This document shows positions 61,256-64,000 of a stretch of 64,000 nt of DNA, in pieces. The stretch's first letter is position 1. Each line of letters begins with the position of its first letter. The stretch comes from Malacoraja senta (taxonomy: Eukaryota): NCBI GenBank assembly GCA_038087875.1, contig JAXLNO010000627.1:62001-126000 (forward strand), in the 5' to 3' direction. The position numbers were made by a program, and so were the translations under genes. The notes under the pieces were generated by a model. The model was given only the letters and a program-made list of their open reading frames with translations, did no database searches and was not told the DNA's origin.

Positions 61256-62069
61256 AAAAAATATCTGGAGAGAAGGAATCGGTGACGTTTTGGGTCGGAC
61301 CCTCCATAGATCCAGCCTGACCAGCTGAGTTTGGATCAGAAAATTGGATCAGAAAATTACAAGCATTAATAGAACATAAATGATTATCAAGCATTTATAT
61401 CCCTTTGAAAAAATTGGTTCAAATTTACATATAAATAAAAGTTTTCTCCAATACCGTGCTAAAACTGAAGGAAACTGAATAGATTCATAGCAAAAAGCAG
61501 GAGTGACAGCGGATCAGACAGCGTCTCTGGAGAAAAGGATGTGGTGACGTTTCAGGTCGCGATCTTCTGGCCAGAGATGCAATCTGTCCCGCTGAGTTAC
61601 TCCAGATTTTGTGTGTCTATGTTCAGTCGAAAACCAGCATCTGCATTCCCTTCCTCCACATAGATTCATAGCAACTTGTTTCAGCAACTTTCTCAGCACT
61701 TTAAAGTTTGGCATATAGTTTGGTGCTGCGGTAGAGTTGCTGTCTTGCACCACCAGGGACCTGGGTTCGATCCCGACTAGGTTTGCTGTTGCTGGAGTAA
61801 CTCAGCGGGACAGGCAGCGACTCTGGAGAGAAGGAATAGGTGACGTTTCGGGTCGAGACTCTTCTTCAGACCGAACTCTCGTCGGTGAGAGTACCTGTGA
61901 TTGTCTGAACAAGTGTCTCGACCTGAAACGTCACCCATTCCTTCTCTCCAGAGATGCTGCCTGTCCTGTTGAGTTACTCCAGCAACAGCAAACCTAGTCA
62001 GAGAGGTACAGAGATACAGCAAGAGAGGGAGAGGGGGGAGAGAGAGAGGGGAGGGGAGAGAGAGAGAGG

Positions 62070-62270
62070 AGCTAGTAGGTTGGTCTTCTCGCCTGTCAGT
62101 CACCATGAAGGTAATGCCCCTTCCGGCACCCACTGGAGATAAAAACCCGGAAGCAGGGCTGGGTCCACAAGTGCTGATTGAGTCCGCAAGTGTGGAGTCG
62201 GGAAAGTCACTGTGTCGAGTCGGGAGGTGCTGTGTGGTGCCGCGGCCGGTGGCCGCTGAGAGGAATCCCA
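62070..62270. promoter_or_regulatory. CpG-enriched patch with an inverted ETS-site pair
   Basis: CTTCCGG at about 62120 and CCGGAAG at about 62147; CACCATGAAG|GTAATG could be a start codon plus splice donor. Confidence 0.35.
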
Positions 62271-64000
62271 CACCACCCCTTCCCTCTTCCCCCCCTCCTC
62301 CACCCCACACCACCCCCCTACCCACACCAACCCAACCCCCACCCCCAATACCACCCCACGCCCCACGACACCCTCCACACCACACACACCACCCCTCCAC
62401 ACCACCCCCTCCCTACCAGCCCACCGCCTCCACAGCCCACCACCCCCTTCCCCCATGTCAACCCCTCCCACCTCACCCCCCACACCAACACAACCCCCAC
62501 CTCCCCCACACACCACCTCCCCCACACCACCCCCTCCCCACCACGCCACTCTCCCCCGCCATGCCACTCCTCCCCAAGCCAAGCCCACACCCCACGCCAC
62601 CCTGCCCACACACACCACCTCCCCCACCACCATAAGCCCCCCACCATCATAACCCCCCCGACCACCTCCACACCACACTATCCCCCCACCACCCACCTCC
62701 CCGACACCACGCCACTCCTCCACCCCCCGCACACCACCCCCCCAAACCACCACCGCACCACCCACTCCCCCCCTCCACCGCCCCACCCATTTCCTCCTCA
62801 TACCACCCCATTTCCCCCACACCATCCTCCCACCCCTACGCCACCCCACCCCCACCACCCCACCACCACAGCCCACCCATCCTCCACGCATGCCACTCCG
62901 TTTCCCCATGCCACCCCCCACATTACCCCAAACCCTCTACCCCACCTCAACCCAACCCCCACCTGCCCCCATACCACCGCTCTCCCCACCCACACCATCC
63001 CTCCCCCCACCCCCTTCGCATGACCCCACACCACCTACCACATCCCTCCCCCCCACTCCACTCCGTCTCCCCCACACCACCCCCCCAAACTGCACCACCC
63101 CCCCACCATCCCCACCCCCTGCCCCCACCTCCCCCACACCACTCCCCACCACCCCACCCCCCCTACACCACATCACCCCAACCCCCCCACACCACCCTAT
63201 CTCCCCCACATCACCCCTCCCCCCCACACCGTCCCTCGCACCCTACGCCACCCCACCCCCCACACACACCATTCCTCCCCCCCACGCCACCTTCTCCGCC
63301 ACCCCACCCCCCCACGCCAACCCCTTCCCCGCCCCACGACATCACTCTGCCCCCACACCACCCCACACCCACACCTCCCCAACCCCACCGCCCCCACACC
63401 ATCCCTCCCCCAACACCCCACACCATCCCCCCCACACCATCCCTCCCCCCAACGCAACACCCTTCCCCGCCCCACACACCACTCACTCCCCCCACACCAT
63501 CCCCTCCCTCTCCCCCAAACCACCCCTCGCCCCCCTCCCTCTCCCCCACCACCCCCTTCCCTGCCCCACGACACCACTCCATCCCACCCACACCACCCCC
63601 CACACATGACCCCATCCCCACACACCACGCCCCACCGCCTCTCCACACCGCCTCCCCAGCCCACCCCCTCCCCAGCCCCCACACCACACCCCGCCCTCTC
63701 CCTCTCCCCCACGCTACCCTCCCCCCATGCCACCCCTCCCCGCCCCACGACATCACCCCAACCCCCCCACACCTCGCCCCCTCCCTCCTCCCTATGCCAC
63801 CCCCTCCCCCAAAGCCAACCCCTCCCCCCAAGCCAACCACTTCCCACCCCTCATCCCAAAACCACCCCAACCCCCCCACCACCCCAACCCCCACACCACA
63901 GCCCCCCCACGTCAACCCCTTCCCCGCCCCATGACACCGCAGCCCCCCTCAGGCCACCTCCCGCCCACGCCACTCTCTCCCCACACCACCCCCCTCCCAT
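62270..64000. repeat. C/A-rich low-complexity tract (G-quadruplex-prone on the minus strand)
   Basis: Directly visible. Pro/His/Gly-rich ORFs over this region are artefacts. Confidence 0.95.

Noticed and set aside
59840..63934. Pro/His/Gly-rich ORFs (extensin-like)
   Set aside because: Low-complexity C-rich DNA; the same applies to ORF 892-1596.

Overview
Vertebrate, transposon-dominated genomic DNA. The repeat repertoire (CR1, L2, Rex1/Babar LINEs, HE1-type V-SINEs, Penelope-like elements with hammerhead-type pseudo-LTRs) points to a cartilaginous fish, probably a skate or ray (inference). No complete host protein-coding gene is recognisable, and most ORFs in the track are TE fragments or low-complexity artefacts. 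The main finding is a 5'-deleted endogenous retrovirus at 21156-26348 (integrase tail, env, PPT, and a 3' LTR split by a young CR1). Its envelope fusion subunit aligns gap-free with Ebola GP2 (about 27/60 identities against the sequence as recalled from memory, including a Cys-bounded internal fusion loop and both glycosylation sequons). Its ~559-aa frame is broken only by three +1 shifts at homopolymer runs. Other unusual structures: about 42 tandem MYB-type sites (CCAACTGT) beside a CpG-island promoter at 30-32 kb, a 35-bp-phased ACGTCACGCCGTCA array near 0.7-0.9 kb, a strictly 16-bp-phased CCGAA array, a double-THAP foldback DNA transposon, non-autonomous Helitron-like elements, long hairpins and duplicated exon-like modules.
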